DNA of 64,000 nucleotides from Eledone cirrhosa (lineage: Eukaryota): contig OZ024765.1 in assembly GCA_964016885.1 (NCBI GenBank), positions 8,990,001 to 9,054,000 on the forward strand, written 5' to 3'. This document shows positions 1-11,835 of this stretch, piece by piece. The position numbers and the translations under genes are program-made. The notes under the pieces were generated by a model that did not search any database, had not been told where the DNA came from, and saw nothing but the letters and a program-made list of their open reading frames with translations. How positions within the stretch are numbered: position 1 is the stretch's first letter; every line of letters starts with the position of its first letter.

Positions 1-366
1 TACATACATACACAGGTATATATATATATATATACACAGGTATATATATACATACACAGGTATATATATACATACACAGGTATATATATATATACACACA
101 GGTATATATATACACACAGGTATATACATACACAGGTGTATATATACACACAGGTATATACATACACACAGGTATATACATACATACACAGGTATATATA
201 TATACATACACAGGTATATATGTATACATACACAGGTATATATATATATATATGTATACATACACAGGTATATATATATATATACACACAGATATATATA
301 CATATATACACAGGTATATATATATATACACACAGATATATATATATATAGAGGTATACATATATA
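1..366. repeat. (TA/CA)n microsatellite punctuated by ACAGGT
   Basis: Repeated tacatacacaggta(ta)n units. Confidence 0.9.
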
Positions 367-904
367 TGGTGGCTGCCAACTCGTTTTCGAGTACGGCCAC
401 TACTTTATATCCATGTAGGAGAACCCCTACCGATGCGCTGAACGAGTGTGACTTTTTAGTCCAGCCAGCGACTTGCAAACTCTGGTACAAACACTACACT
501 TGTGACAATTATTGACACATAGTGCTGGGCCCATGGTACCATGTGAGGACAAGTGCAGAGAGATCTCCAGATATAAAACAATGCCTGTGCCGTGAAGCTT
601 TTATAGTGAGCAAAGGCACTGCACAAAGCCAGTCCCACTCTCTTAACCAAGATGATATTTACCAAAAAGAAGAACAAGTCAACATCATTGGATACCATCA
701 GGGTTGCAGGTGTTATATCAGAGTTTTCCTTCTCCTAGAATTCTGCCTTGACAAAGGCTAAGGGGTCATCTCTCCCGAAATATATATACATACACAGGTA
801 TATACATACATACACAGGTGTATATAAATACATACACAGGTATATATACACATAGCCAGTGTGTTACTAGTTCTAGCACTACAAGGACCTGTACTCAAGG
901 TTGA

Positions 905-2078
905 TTTAGACAGTTGTGTTACTAACACAACAGAGACCTGTACACAAGGTAGACATAGCCAGTTGTGTTACTATACAACAGAGACCTGTACACAAGGTAA
1001 ACATAGCCAGTTGTGTTACTAACACAACAGAGACCTGTACACAAGGTAGACATAGCCAGTGTCTTACTATACAACAGGGACCTGTACACAAGGTAGACAT
1101 AGCCAGTTGTGTTACTAACACAACAGGGACCTGTACACAAGGTAGACATAGCCAGTTGTGTTACTAACACAACAGAGACCTGTACTCAAGGTAGACATAG
1201 CCAATTGTGTTACTATACAACAGAGACCTGTACACAAGGTAGACATAGCCAGTTGTGTTACTAACACAACAGAGACCTGTACACAAGGTAGACATAGCCA
1301 GTGTCTTACTATACAACAGGGACCTGTACACAAGGTAGACATAGCCAGTGTCTTACTATACAACAGGGACCTGTACACAAGGTAGACTTAGCCAGTTGTC
1401 TTACTAACACAACAGAGACCTGTACACAAGGTAGACATAGCCAGTTGTGTTACTGTACAACAGAGACCTGTACACAAGGTAGACTTAGCCAGTTGTCTTA
1501 CTAACACAACAGAGACCTGTACACAAGGTAGACATAGCCAGTTGTATTACTGTACAACAGAGACCTGTACACAAGGTAGACTTAGCCAGTTGTCTTACTA
1601 ACACAACAGAGACCTGTACACAAGGTAGACTTAGCCAGTTGTCTTACTAACACAACAGAGACCTGTACACAAGGTAGACTTAGCCAGTTGTCTTACTAAC
1701 ACAACAGAGACCTGTACACAAGGTAGACTTAGCCAGTTGTCTTACTAACACAACAGAGACCTGTACACAAGGTAGACATAGCCAGTTGTATTACTGTACA
1801 ACAGAGACCTGTACACAAGGTAGACTTAGCCAGTTGTCTTACTAACACAACAGAGACCTGTACACAAGGTAGACTTAGCCAGTTGTGTTACTAACACAAC
1901 AGAGACCTGTACACAAGGTAGACTTAGCCAGTTGTGTTACTGTACAACAGGGACCTGTACACAAGGTAGACATAGCCAGTTGTGTTACTAACACAACAGA
2001 GACCTGTACACAAGGTAGACATAGCCAGTTGTGTTACTAACACAACAGAGACCTGTAGTCAAGGTAGACATAGCCAGA
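905..2078. repeat. 49-bp minisatellite, block 1
   Basis: Unit gtagacatagccagttgtgttactaacacaacagagacctgtacacaag, about 24 copies. Confidence 0.95.
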
Positions 2079-2157
2079 CTCTTCCTGTAATGAAAGAATT
2101 TTAAAAATATCTAATTTCTATTCCATTAAGAATATTATCATTAAAACCTGTTACTTC

Positions 2158-2836
2158 CTGTCTGTCTCTCTGTCTGTCTCTCTGTCTGCCTGCCTGTCTG
2201 TCTGTCTGACTGTCTCTCTGACTGTCTGTCTGTCTGTCTATCTCTCTCTTTGTCTGTCTGTCTCTTTCTCTCTTTGTCTGTCTCTCTGCCTGTCTGTCTG
2301 TCTGTGTGTCTCTCTGAGTGTCTGCCTGTCTGTGTGTCTCTCTGAGTGTCTGTCTGTCTGTCTGTGTGTCTCTCTGAGTGTCTGTCTGTCTGTCTGTGTG
2401 TCTCTCTGAGTGTCTGTCTGTCTGTCTGTGTGTCTCTCTGTCTGTCTGTGTGTCTCTCTGTCTGTCTCTCTGTCTGTCTGTGTGTCTCTCTGTCTGTCTG
2501 TGTGTCTCTCTGTCTGTCTCTCTGTCTGTCTGTGTGTCTCTCTGAGTGTCTGTCTGTCTGTCTGTGTGTCTCTCTGTCTGTCTGTGTGTCTCTCTGTCTG
2601 TCTCTCTGTCTGTCTGTGTGTCTCTCTGTCTGTCTGTGTGTCTCTCTGTCTGTCTCTCTGTCTGTCTGTGTGTCTCTCTGAGTGTCTCTCTGTGTGTCTG
2701 TGTGTCTCTCTGTCTGTCCGTGTGTCTCTCTGTGTGTCTGTGTGTCTCTCTGTCTGTCCGTGTGTCTCTCTGAGTGTCTGTGTGTCTCTCTGTCTGTCTC
2801 TCTGTCTGTCTGTGTGTCTCTCTCTGTGTGTGTGTC
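2158..2836. repeat. Compound (CTGT/CT/GT)n microsatellite
   Basis: Direct inspection. Confidence 0.95.
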
Positions 2837-2957
2837 TATCTACCTGGCTGTAAATGAAGTAGTTATCTGTCCACCACACCTACCTATTTGATTATCTCAC
2901 CTTCTACCTCACCTTTATCACCTACATACCTACCTCACCTGTATTTCAATGGTACAC

Positions 2958-3600
2958 CACCCACACCTTCCCACCCCACCTGCCTACTCACCTCAGCTCA
3001 CTTCCCTATTACCACACCTTCCCACCCTACCTGTCTACTCACCACACACCTTCCCACCAACCTATCCCCCCTCCCTACTACCACACCTTCCCACCCTACC
3101 TGTCTACTCACCACACACCTTCCCAGCAACCTATCCCCCCCTCCCTATGACCACACCTTCCCACCCCTCCTGCCTACTCACCTCACACCTTCCCACCAAC
3201 CTATTCCCCCCCTCCCTATTACCACACCTTCCCACCCCACCTGCCTACTCACCTCACACCTTCCCCCCCACCCCCACCCCCACCCTACTACCACACCTTC
3301 CCACCCTACCTGCCTACTCACCTCACACCTTCCCACCAACCTATCCCCCCCCCTCCCTACTACCACACTTTCCCACCCCTCCTGCCTACTCACCTCACAC
3401 CTTCCCACCAACCTATCCCCCCCTACTACCACACCTTCCCACCCCACCTGCCTACTCACCTCACACAATCCCACCAACCTATCCCCCTCCCTACTACCAC
3501 ACCTTCCCACCCCTCCTGCCTACTCACCTCACACCTTCCCACCAACCTATCCCCCCCTACTACCACACTTTCCCACCCCACCTACCTATTCACCTCACCC
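2958..3600. repeat. C-rich ~68-bp minisatellite
   Basis: Recurrent ccacaccttcccaccccacctgcctactcacctcacaccttcccaccaacctatccccc. Confidence 0.85.
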
Positions 3601-3823
3601 ACCTCACTCCTACACCTTCCCACAACACCCGCTCACCCCCAACTCCCCTACCTACCCCCACCCACACACACCACACAGATGGTGACCTTGAGGGAGGGAG
3701 GGGAGGGGACACAGCTGAACCTCAGGTCATCAGCTGTCAAAAGAGAAAAACAGTTTCACCCCCCCCCCACTGCCTAGACAATAACTGTTCTTGCTGCTGC
3801 TGCTGGTGAAAGAACAGTTAAAC

Positions 3824-4428
3824 CCTGTACACGAGGTAGACTTAGCCAGTTGTGTTACTAACACAATGGAGACCTGTACACAAGGTAGACTTAGCCAGTT
3901 GTGTTACTAACACAATGGAGACCTGTACACAAGGTAGACTTAGCCAGTTGTGTTACTAACACAATGGTGACCTGTACACAAGGTAGACTTAGCCAGTTGT
4001 GTTACTAACACAATGGAGACCTGTACACAAGGTAGACTTAGCCAGTTGTGTTACTAACACAACAGAGACCTGTACTGAAGGTAGACTTTGCCAGTGTGTT
4101 ACTAACACAACAGAGGCCTGTACTCAAGGTAGACATAGCCAGTTGTGTTACTAACACAACAGGGACCTGTACACAAGGTAGACATAGCCAGTTGTGTTAC
4201 TAACACAACAGGGACCTGTACACAAGGTAGACATAGCCAGTTGTGTTACTAACACAACAGAGACCTGTACTCAAGGTAGACATAGCCAGTTGTGTTACTA
4301 ACACAACAGAGACCTGTACTCAAGGTAGACTTAGCCAGTTGTGTTACTATACAACAGAGACCTGTACTCAAGGTAGACTTAGCCAGTGTGTTACTATTTC
4401 TTTTAACACAACAGAGGCCTGTACACAG
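3824..4428. repeat. 49-bp minisatellite, block 2 (same family as 905-2078)
   Basis: Same unit and orientation, about 12 copies. Confidence 0.95.
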
Positions 4429-4702
4429 GGTCTCCTAACTACAGTTAAACGCTGTCAATGAATGGAAACAAAGACACACAGACAAACGTTAACCTTTAGC
4501 CCAGCGGGGGACATTAAACTAAGCAAAATCTGAACAGGGAATAAAATAGGAGAAATTCTTTAAATCATTCCATGACAAGATATATATGTAAACAAATGAG
4601 TGGTAATTAAGACATTGTTTAATTAACAAGTAACGAGGAATTGAAAGGTCAGTTAGACTAAAATGTTTGTCTTGAGTCTGAAGATTCATCAGGTCCGTGC
4701 TG

Positions 4703-6041
4703 ATCCTGGTTTCTGTGGTGTTAAGTGACTGAGAGTGTGAGACTTCCTCCCCTGGACAGGACACCAGTCCATCACAGGGTTAAAGTCTGTCTTAGTTTCA
4801 TTGGTGTTAAGTGACTGAGAGTACAAGACTTCCCCTGGACAGGACACCAGTCCATCACAGGGTTAAAGTCTGTCTTAGTTTCATTGGTGTTAAGTGACTG
4901 AGAGTACAAGACTTCCCCCTGGACAGGACACCAGTCCATCACAGGGTTAAAGTCTGTCTTAGTTTCATTGGTGTTAAGTGACTGAGAGTGTGAAACTTCC
5001 TCCCCTGGACAGGACACCAGTCCATCACAGGGTTAAAGTCTGTCTTAGTTTCATTGGTGTTAAGTGACTGAGAGTAGACTTCCTCCTGGACAGGACACCA
5101 GTCCATCACAGGGTTAAAGTCTGTCTTAGTTTCATTGGTGTTAAGTGACTGAGAGTACAAGACTTCCCCTGGACAGGACACCAGTCCATCACAGGGTTAA
5201 AGTCTGTCTTAGTTTCATTGGTGTTAAGTGACTGAGAGTACAAGACTTCCCCCTGGACAGGACACCAGTCCATCACAAGGTTAAAGTCTGTCTTAGTTTC
5301 ATTGGTGTTAAGTGACCGAGAATACAAGACTTCCCCTGGACAGGACACCAGTCCATCACAGGGTTAAAGTCTGTCTTAGTTTCATTGGTGTTAAGTGACC
5401 GAGAGTACAAGACTTCCCCTGGACAGGACACCAGTCCATTGCAGGGCTAAAGTCTGTCTTAGTTTCATTGGTGTTAAGTGACCGAGAGTACAAGACTTCC
5501 CCTGGACAGGACACCAGTCCATCACAGGGTTAAAGTCTGTCTTAGTTTCATTGGTGTTAAGTGACCGAGAGTACAAGACTTCCCCTGGACAGGACACCAG
5601 TCCATCACAGGGTTAAAGTCTGTCTTAGTTTCATTGGTGTTAAGTGACCGAGAGTACAAGACTTCCCCCTGGACAGGACACCAGTCCATCACAAGGTTAA
5701 AGTCTGTCTTAGTTTCATTGGTGTTAAGTGACCGAGAGTACAAGACTTCCCCTAGACAGGACACCAGTCCATCACAGGGTTAAAGTCTGTCTTAGTTTCA
5801 TTGGTGTTAAGTGACCGAGAGAACACGACACCTCCTGGACAGGACACCAGTCCATCACAGGGTTAAAGTCTGTCTTAGTTTCATTGGTGTTAAGTGACCG
5901 AGAGAACACGACACCTCCTGGACAGGACACCAGTCCATCACAGGGTTAAAGTCTGTCTTAGTTTCATTGGTGTTAAGTGACCGAGAGAACACGACACCTC
6001 CTGGACAGGACACCAGTCCATTGCAGGGCTAAAGTCTGTCT
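4703..6041 (-). repeat. ~83-bp minisatellite, probably derived from a SINE body segment
   Basis: About 16 copies. The minus strand reads taaccctgtgatggactggtgtcctgtccagggg, resembling a conserved SINE-body motif; the SINE origin is inference. Confidence 0.85.
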
Positions 6042-6044
6042 CGA

Positions 6045-6430
6045 GCCCAAGACATCGTGTACCCCCCTCCTTTTCTTTTCATATCAAGTAAGCCCCTAGC
6101 CCCAAGTATTGTGATGAGGAAGGACTTCAATGTGGCTTTGTCTTCCTATCACAACCTGGCCCCGACTATTGAGGGGAGAGCCTCAAGTGGTCCCTTTTTC
6201 TCATCATAACTGGAGCCTGCTAGTCTCAACTGCTCTGATGAGAAAGGACCCTAACATGGCCTCGCTTTCTTATCACAAGGAGCCTGCTAGCCCCAACTAT
6301 TGATAAGAGCCTTGATCTCAATGTGGTCCCTTTTTCCTATCTAAAGGACCTATGTAACCCCAACCTGTTGTGACGAGAAAGGGTCTTGATGTGACTCCTT
6401 TTTCATATCATCATTGGGACCTGACATCAG
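6045..6430. repeat. Diverged tandem array of ~65-nt hairpin units
   Basis: Units start at 6100, 6160, 6224, 6291 and 6358. Consensus approximately CCCCAACTATTGTGATGAGAAAGGACC-tcaatgt-GGTCCCTTTTCTTATCACAA-GGAGCCTGCTAG. Confidence 0.7.
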
Positions 6431-6536
6431 CTGTGTCCCCCCTTCCTTCATCCCTGAACGTCTACTGTTGCCATAGTAACATTAGCTGTCCGGAAGATAT
6501 CCAAATACTGAAATTTGATCGGTCACTTCCTTTTTG

Positions 6537-6948
6537 TGATGATGGTGCTGATGGTGGTGGTGATGGTGATGGTGGTAGTGATAGTGGTGGTGGTGGTGGT
6601 GATGGTGGTGGTGGTGGTGGTGCTGATGGTGGTGGTGATGGTGATGGTGGTAGTGATAGTGGTGGTGGTGGTGGTGGTGATGGTGATGGTGGTGGTAGTG
6701 ATAGTGGTGGTAGTGATAGTGGTGGTAGTGATGGTGATAGTATTGATGGTGATGATGGTAGTGATGGTGCTGATGGTGATAATGGTGGTGGTGATGGTAG
6801 TGATGGTAGTGAGGGTGTTGGTGGTGATGGTAGTGGTGGTAGTGAGGGTGTTGATGGTGGTGATGATGGTGATGGTAGTGATGGTAGTGGTGGTAGTGAG
6901 GGTGTTGATGGTGGTGATGGTGATGGTGGTGATGGTGGTAGTGATGGT
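6537..6948. repeat. (GGT/GAT)n trinucleotide repeat
   Basis: Direct inspection. Confidence 0.95.
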
Positions 6949-7079
6949 ATACGTGGGGAAAAGACTGTATGTCTTGTTTCTTTTCCTAAACTTAGCAATA
7001 TCATCTTTCATCTCAACGAGATGGAGATGGTACATACACACACACACACACACACATATGCATGCATTTGTGTGCATCC

Positions 7080-7135
<56 letters not shown>

Positions 7136-7237
7136 TATCTACTATAATCTTCTTAAACATCCTTCTTCTCCTCACTCGTCTATTTTTCACCAATTCCACC
7201 CCATCCGTCCCCTCAATCTATTTTATTGCTCATTCTG

Positions 7238-7273
7238 TATTCTGATGAAGGACTAGCGTCCGAAACGTTAAGA
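7238..7273 (+). ncRNA. Minimal type I hammerhead ribozyme motif (Penelope-like element end)
   Basis: CTGATGA-a-ggac-tagc-gtcc-GAAA-cg-TT-aaga; palindromic AACGTT in place of stem III, stem I weak. Host fragment ~7140-7366 recurs at ~51312-51478. Confidence 0.6.
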
Positions 7274-7405
7274 CCCTCTTCCTGCTATATCAAACGTTAA
7301 CCTAATATATCCCTTCCTTCCATATACTGTACCGATTGTATTGTTATTTCTGTTTACCTTTTACATATATACATACATATCTATATATGTTTATATATAT
7401 ATATA

Positions 7406-7555
7406 TGAAGGCGTGTGGCTGAGTGGTTAGAGAATTGGATTCGAAATCGTAAGGTTGTGAGTTCGATTCCTGGACCAGGCGATGCGTTATGTCCTTGAGC
7501 AAGACACTTTATTTCACATTGCTCCTTCTACCTGGAGTTGCGACCGATAGTTCCT
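7406..7555 (+). mobile_element. tRNA-derived SINE, 5' part
   Basis: Pol III A box (tggctgagtgg) and B box (agttcgattcc), then ccttgagcaagacactttatttcac. Inverted copy at 60327-60527. Confidence 0.85.
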
Positions 7556-7795
7556 TTATATATATATATATATATATAAAATAAAGTTAAATAAAAGTCA
7601 AATGATTAAAATTGAGTTAAATAAAAGTCAAATGATTTAATCATTTGACTTTTATTTAACTTTATTTTACACTACTCCGGAGTAACCAAACCAACCTGCG
7701 CACTTCGTCGAGTGCTCCAGCCTGCATACTGAGGTGTTGGTATACAACCAACATAAACTCAAAATCTATATATATATATATATATATATATAGTA

Positions 7796-7988
7796 ATAAT
7801 TTTTGTTTCTACTTTAGGCACAAGGCCAGCAATTACCCAGTGCATTACTGGTACTTTATTTTATTGACCCCGTAAGGATGAAAGGCAAAGTCAACCTCGG
7901 CAGGATTTGAACTCAGATCGTAAAGGGACGTAACTATGCTGGAAAGCATGGCGTCCGACCCTCCACCAATACTGCCAATCCACTGCCC
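7796..7988 (-). mobile_element. SINE (family B)
   Basis: Reverse complement of 54877-55077; B-box-like gagttcaaatcc. Confidence 0.8.
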
Positions 7989-8026
7989 TATATATATAGT
8001 AATAATAACAATATTTATACTTATAT

Positions 8027-8396
8027 ATGGTGGATGGGTGCTACACGAGAATGCTGAGGATGGCTCTGAACATTAATCAGTATACACTGAGGATGAAAAA
8101 CTCAGAGCTGTATGGGAGCATCCCAAAAGTCAGCTCAAAAGTGACACAGAGGAGACTGAGGTTGGCTGGACATGCTCACCGACATCCAGAGTTGACATTG
8201 CACTCAGTGCTCCTTTGGGAGCCCCTACATGGACACACTAGAAGAGGAAGACCAAGGTTAACATATGTTGATGCCCTAAGGACAGACACTGGTCTGTTGG
8301 AGATGCAGGATATGGCAGCGATAATGAGGGACAGAGACCGCTGGAGAGAACTCGTCCATGGATCTCGGGAATTTTACCCGCCTTAGATAGATAGAT
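8027..8396 (+). mobile_element. RTE-clade LINE 3' fragment
   Basis: RRLRLAGHAHRH...LLWEP.HG.TRRGRPRLTYVD...DRDRWR, stop codon, short (TAGA)n tail. Confidence 0.9.
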
Positions 8397-8669
8397 GGTT
8401 TATATATAATTATAAATATGGAGTGTGGTACTAAGTACTAGCCAATTACCGGTAATAGAAAAGGCTCAATGTAAATTATCAGATGTATTACAGAGCCGAG
8501 ATACAAAATATGAAATAATCAAATCTTAGTTTAATACATTTGTATTAACTTTATTAAACTAAGATTTGATTGTTTTATATTTTGTATATATATGTATATA
8601 TGTCTGAATATATCCCAATGTTGGATTGTGTGTATGTATACATACATATATATATGTATATATATATAT

Positions 8670-9006
8670 GGAGGCACATGGCTTAGTGTTTAGAGCATTG
8701 GCCTTGCAATCGAAAGGTTGTGAGTTCAAATCTCAGACCAGGTGATGTGTTGTTTCCTTGAGCAAGACACTTTATTTCACATTGCTCCAGTTTACTCAGC
8801 TGTAGAAATGAGATGATAGGGACTGTGGTCCCTATCATTCCACTGCAAAGTGGTTGTGGAGGTGCCACGGTAAAAAAAGCACCCAGCACCCACTGTAAAT
8901 GAGGTTGGTGTTAGGAAGGTCATCCAGCTGTAGAAATCAAGCCAGAATCAGTTCCCGTCCCACCCTTGCAAGCAGGAAAAAGCAGACGTAAAATGATGAT
9001 GATGAT
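8670..9006 (+). mobile_element. Full-length tRNA-derived SINE (family C) with RTE-derived tail
   Basis: tRNA-like head, shared body, 3' cccgtcccacccttgcaagcagg...(GAT)n. Five more copies in the window. Confidence 0.9.
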
Positions 9007-9188
9007 ATATATGGTAATGGAATAATTATATTGTGTTGTTTATAATGTAATAAATGTGTGTGTGTATTAGGATAGAATGCTTTATGTCAGGCATGTCAAA
9101 TATGTGGCCCGTACAGAGGTTTTTACAGCGTGAACGTAATATAAAATATAAAATATTAGCTGTAATGTGTGGCCCTCAGACAACATGG

Positions 9189-9548
9189 TCCCTCGTCATC
9201 TCTTCTATGAGCTTCAGCGATCTGATGTCAGCCCTCACCACCTCTGCCCATGTCTTTCATGGTCTTCCTCTATTGCATCTTCCTTCCACCGGGATTACTT
9301 GGTACTTTATATACATCATCATCATCATCATCATACGTCCACTTTTCCCTGCTTGCAAGGGTGGGACGGGTCTTATTCAGCACAGCATCTCTCCACTTGT
9401 CACGGTCCTTCGTCATCTCCACCGTGAGCTTCAGCGATCTGAGGTCTGCTCTCACCACCTCCGCCCATGTTTTTCGTGGTCTACCTCTACCACATCTTCC
9501 TTCAACTGGCATTTCCTGACACTTCTTCACCCATCGGTCATCCTCCAT
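9189..9548 (-). mobile_element. RTE-clade LINE 3' end plus an adjacent partial duplicate
   Basis: [10 protein letters not shown]...[14 protein letters not shown] with (GAT)n tail. Confidence 0.88.
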
Positions 9549-9630
9549 ATAACTTTTCTCTCTGACGACCGATCCAGACGTGTATTATTATTGTCTGTGA
9601 TCCTGAAACCTTTGGTAATGGAGTAGTTAT
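9549..9630 (+). ncRNA. Type I hammerhead ribozyme motif
   Basis: ataacttttctct-CTGACGA-[gatccagac..gtctgtgatc]-GAAA-cctttgg-TA-atggagtagttat. Stems I-III can form with mismatches. Confidence 0.55.
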
Positions 9631-9682
9631 ATTTTGTGTTGTTCACTTTCTAATTAAATATATTTATATATATATACACACA

Positions 9683-9848
9683 CTGTCAACGTGGTTGGCG
9701 TTAGGAAGGGCATCCATCTGTAGAAAACCTGCCAGGAACAGTCCTATATGAGCGAGAAAAGGTCACCCGACCCAACTTGCCTCTAAATGGGACAAACCTG
9801 TCAAACCCATACTAGCGTGGAAGATAGACATTAATCGATGATGATGAT
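9683..9848 (+). mobile_element. SINE/RTE 3' tail fragment
   Basis: ggttggcgttaggaagggcatcc body motif and (GAT)n tail. Confidence 0.7.
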
Positions 9849-10129
9849 AATATATACAGAGAGAGCAAGAGAGAAATACACTTGATATCCGGAATGTAAT
9901 GTGGTGGGGGTGTCATGTGGTGCGGTATGCAGAGTTGATCTTTATGTAAGGGGGTGTCATATGTTGTGGTTTTAATAGGTGAGCTTCCTTTCCTTCTCAC
10001 TCTACACTTTATATGACAAACAGAATATCACATTGGAATTTAATTAGTATATATGTATATATATATATATATATATATACATATATACTAATTAAATTCC
10101 AATATACTAATTAAATTCCAATGTGATAT

Positions 10130-10921
10130 TCATCAATTAACGTCTATCTTCCACGCTAGTATGGGTTAGACGGGTTTGTCCCATTTAGAGACAAGATGGG
10201 TTGGGTGACCGTGTCTTGCTCATATAGGAGAGTTTCTGGCTGGTTTTCTACGGCTGGATGCCCTTCCTAACACCAACCACGTTACAGCGTGGTCTGGGAG
10301 CTTTTTTGTCATGACACCTAGACGACCTCATTTGTTTAGGACTGGATGTTGTGGTACCAACATAACTTTATAGAGAAAGGGGTGGTGTTGGTGGGAGTAG
10401 GGGTAGTGGATTGGGGTGTATATTTGGTTAAGAGGTGACTTCTGACTGTAGGTTTCACTTTGTACTTAGGCAAGGCGGGTCTTCTGTATTACTGCGTAGC
10501 GCCAAAGATCTCGGTCCAGTGACATTGTCTTAGAGAGGTGCAAGTGTGTAAGGTCGGAATTTATCAAATCGTCCCAGGTTTTTCTGGTCTACCTACTCCG
10601 TAACTGCCATCAATTTTGATCGCCCTGCACTTTTTTATACAGCTGTCGTCTTTCATGCGCATCACGTGACCATACCAACGTAGTCTTCTCTCAAGTAAAC
10701 AGCATCTGATCCCTCTTATTCCTAATTTCTCACCTAGTTCCTTTATACTTTGCCGTTCACATATATTACTATTACACATCCAACAGAGCATGCAAGCTTC
10801 GTTCCTCTCCAGTCTGCGCAGGTCCTCTGCACACAATGCCCATGTCTCACTGCCATGTAACATTGCTGTTCATATGCAGGCATCATACAGTCTGCCTTTT
10901 ATTTTTAGAGAGAAATCTTTT
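10130..10921 (-). mobile_element. RTE-clade LINE 3' fragment with long 3' UTR
   Basis: [10 protein letters not shown]...[13 protein letters not shown]...GRP, followed by a tail shared with the window's SINE-like fragments. Confidence 0.85.
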
Positions 10922-11532
10922 GTATGTATGTATACTGTTATTTTTCTGTTCTGTAAACCATGTCAACAACAACAACAACAGGAACTTGACACTGTTAAAC
11001 AATTTCCTCAGCACACCCTCACCCCTATCCAGTCTCATTCACAAGATAAGAAGTTCACTAACTTTATTTCCTCTAGACACACACACACACACCCAACCTC
11101 CACCCCACACACCGCCCCCCTATCTCCACATCACTCACCACCACCACCACCACCAAAACATTTGTCTTCCCCTGCTCCCCACCCACATCCAGCCACCTCC
11201 GATCCAGTCTCATTCACAAGATAAGAAGTTAACTAGCTCTGGTCCCTCTTGTGCCCCTCCCCCCCCCACCACCACCACCAACCCCCACCACCACCACACC
11301 ACCAAAAAAACATTGGTTCCACACTAAACTAACTTTATTCCCTCTAGTCGCCCTCAGCCCCCCAAATCACATCACCCCTACCACACACCACCAAAACATT
11401 GGTTCCACACTAACTTAAATGGTTGAAATAGCTGTTGTTTAGTTTATCAAGATATTATCTGTCTCAAGTTTCCGTTAGAAAAAGAGACTAAAATATATTT
11501 TCAAATCCTGCAGTTAATGGTAACATGGCCCT

Positions 11533-11806
11533 CCTCCTCATCGTTTAATGTCCATCTTCCACGCTAGCATGGGTTAGACGCTTTTGTTCCATTTGATGCG
11601 GGAATAGTCGGGAGGCCGTGTCTCGCTCACACGGAAGCGTCTCTGGCAGGTTTTTTTTTACAGCTGGATGCCCTTCCTAACACCAACCCCATTTACAGTG
11701 TCGACTGGGAGTCTTTTTACCGTGTCTCCTACATGGCCACCTTACAGTGGACGGAACGGGAGGATGGGGTAGAGTGTGGGGGGTGGGGTGTACATTGAGT
11801 TAAGAG
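11533..11806 (-). mobile_element. SINE/RTE 3' UTR fragment (single-copy form of the 62163-64000 array unit)
   Basis: Similar to 61981-62210; carries one copy of the 49-bp unit bounded by ttacagtg. Confidence 0.75.
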
Positions 11807-11835
11807 GTGCCTTCAGCCCTGTCAATAAATTTTAA

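Noticed and set aside
6111-6241. Box C/D snoRNA or TIGR-like array (GTGATGA, CTGA)
   Set aside because: C and D boxes are not present in each unit, and the motifs lie inside hairpin arms.
6370-7245. 291-aa Gly/Asp-rich ORF
   Set aside because: Open frame through a (GGT/GAT)n tract running into CA/TA repeats; no splice or homology support.
8670-8745. tRNA gene
   Set aside because: tRNA-like SINE head continuing into SINE body and tail; multiple dispersed copies.
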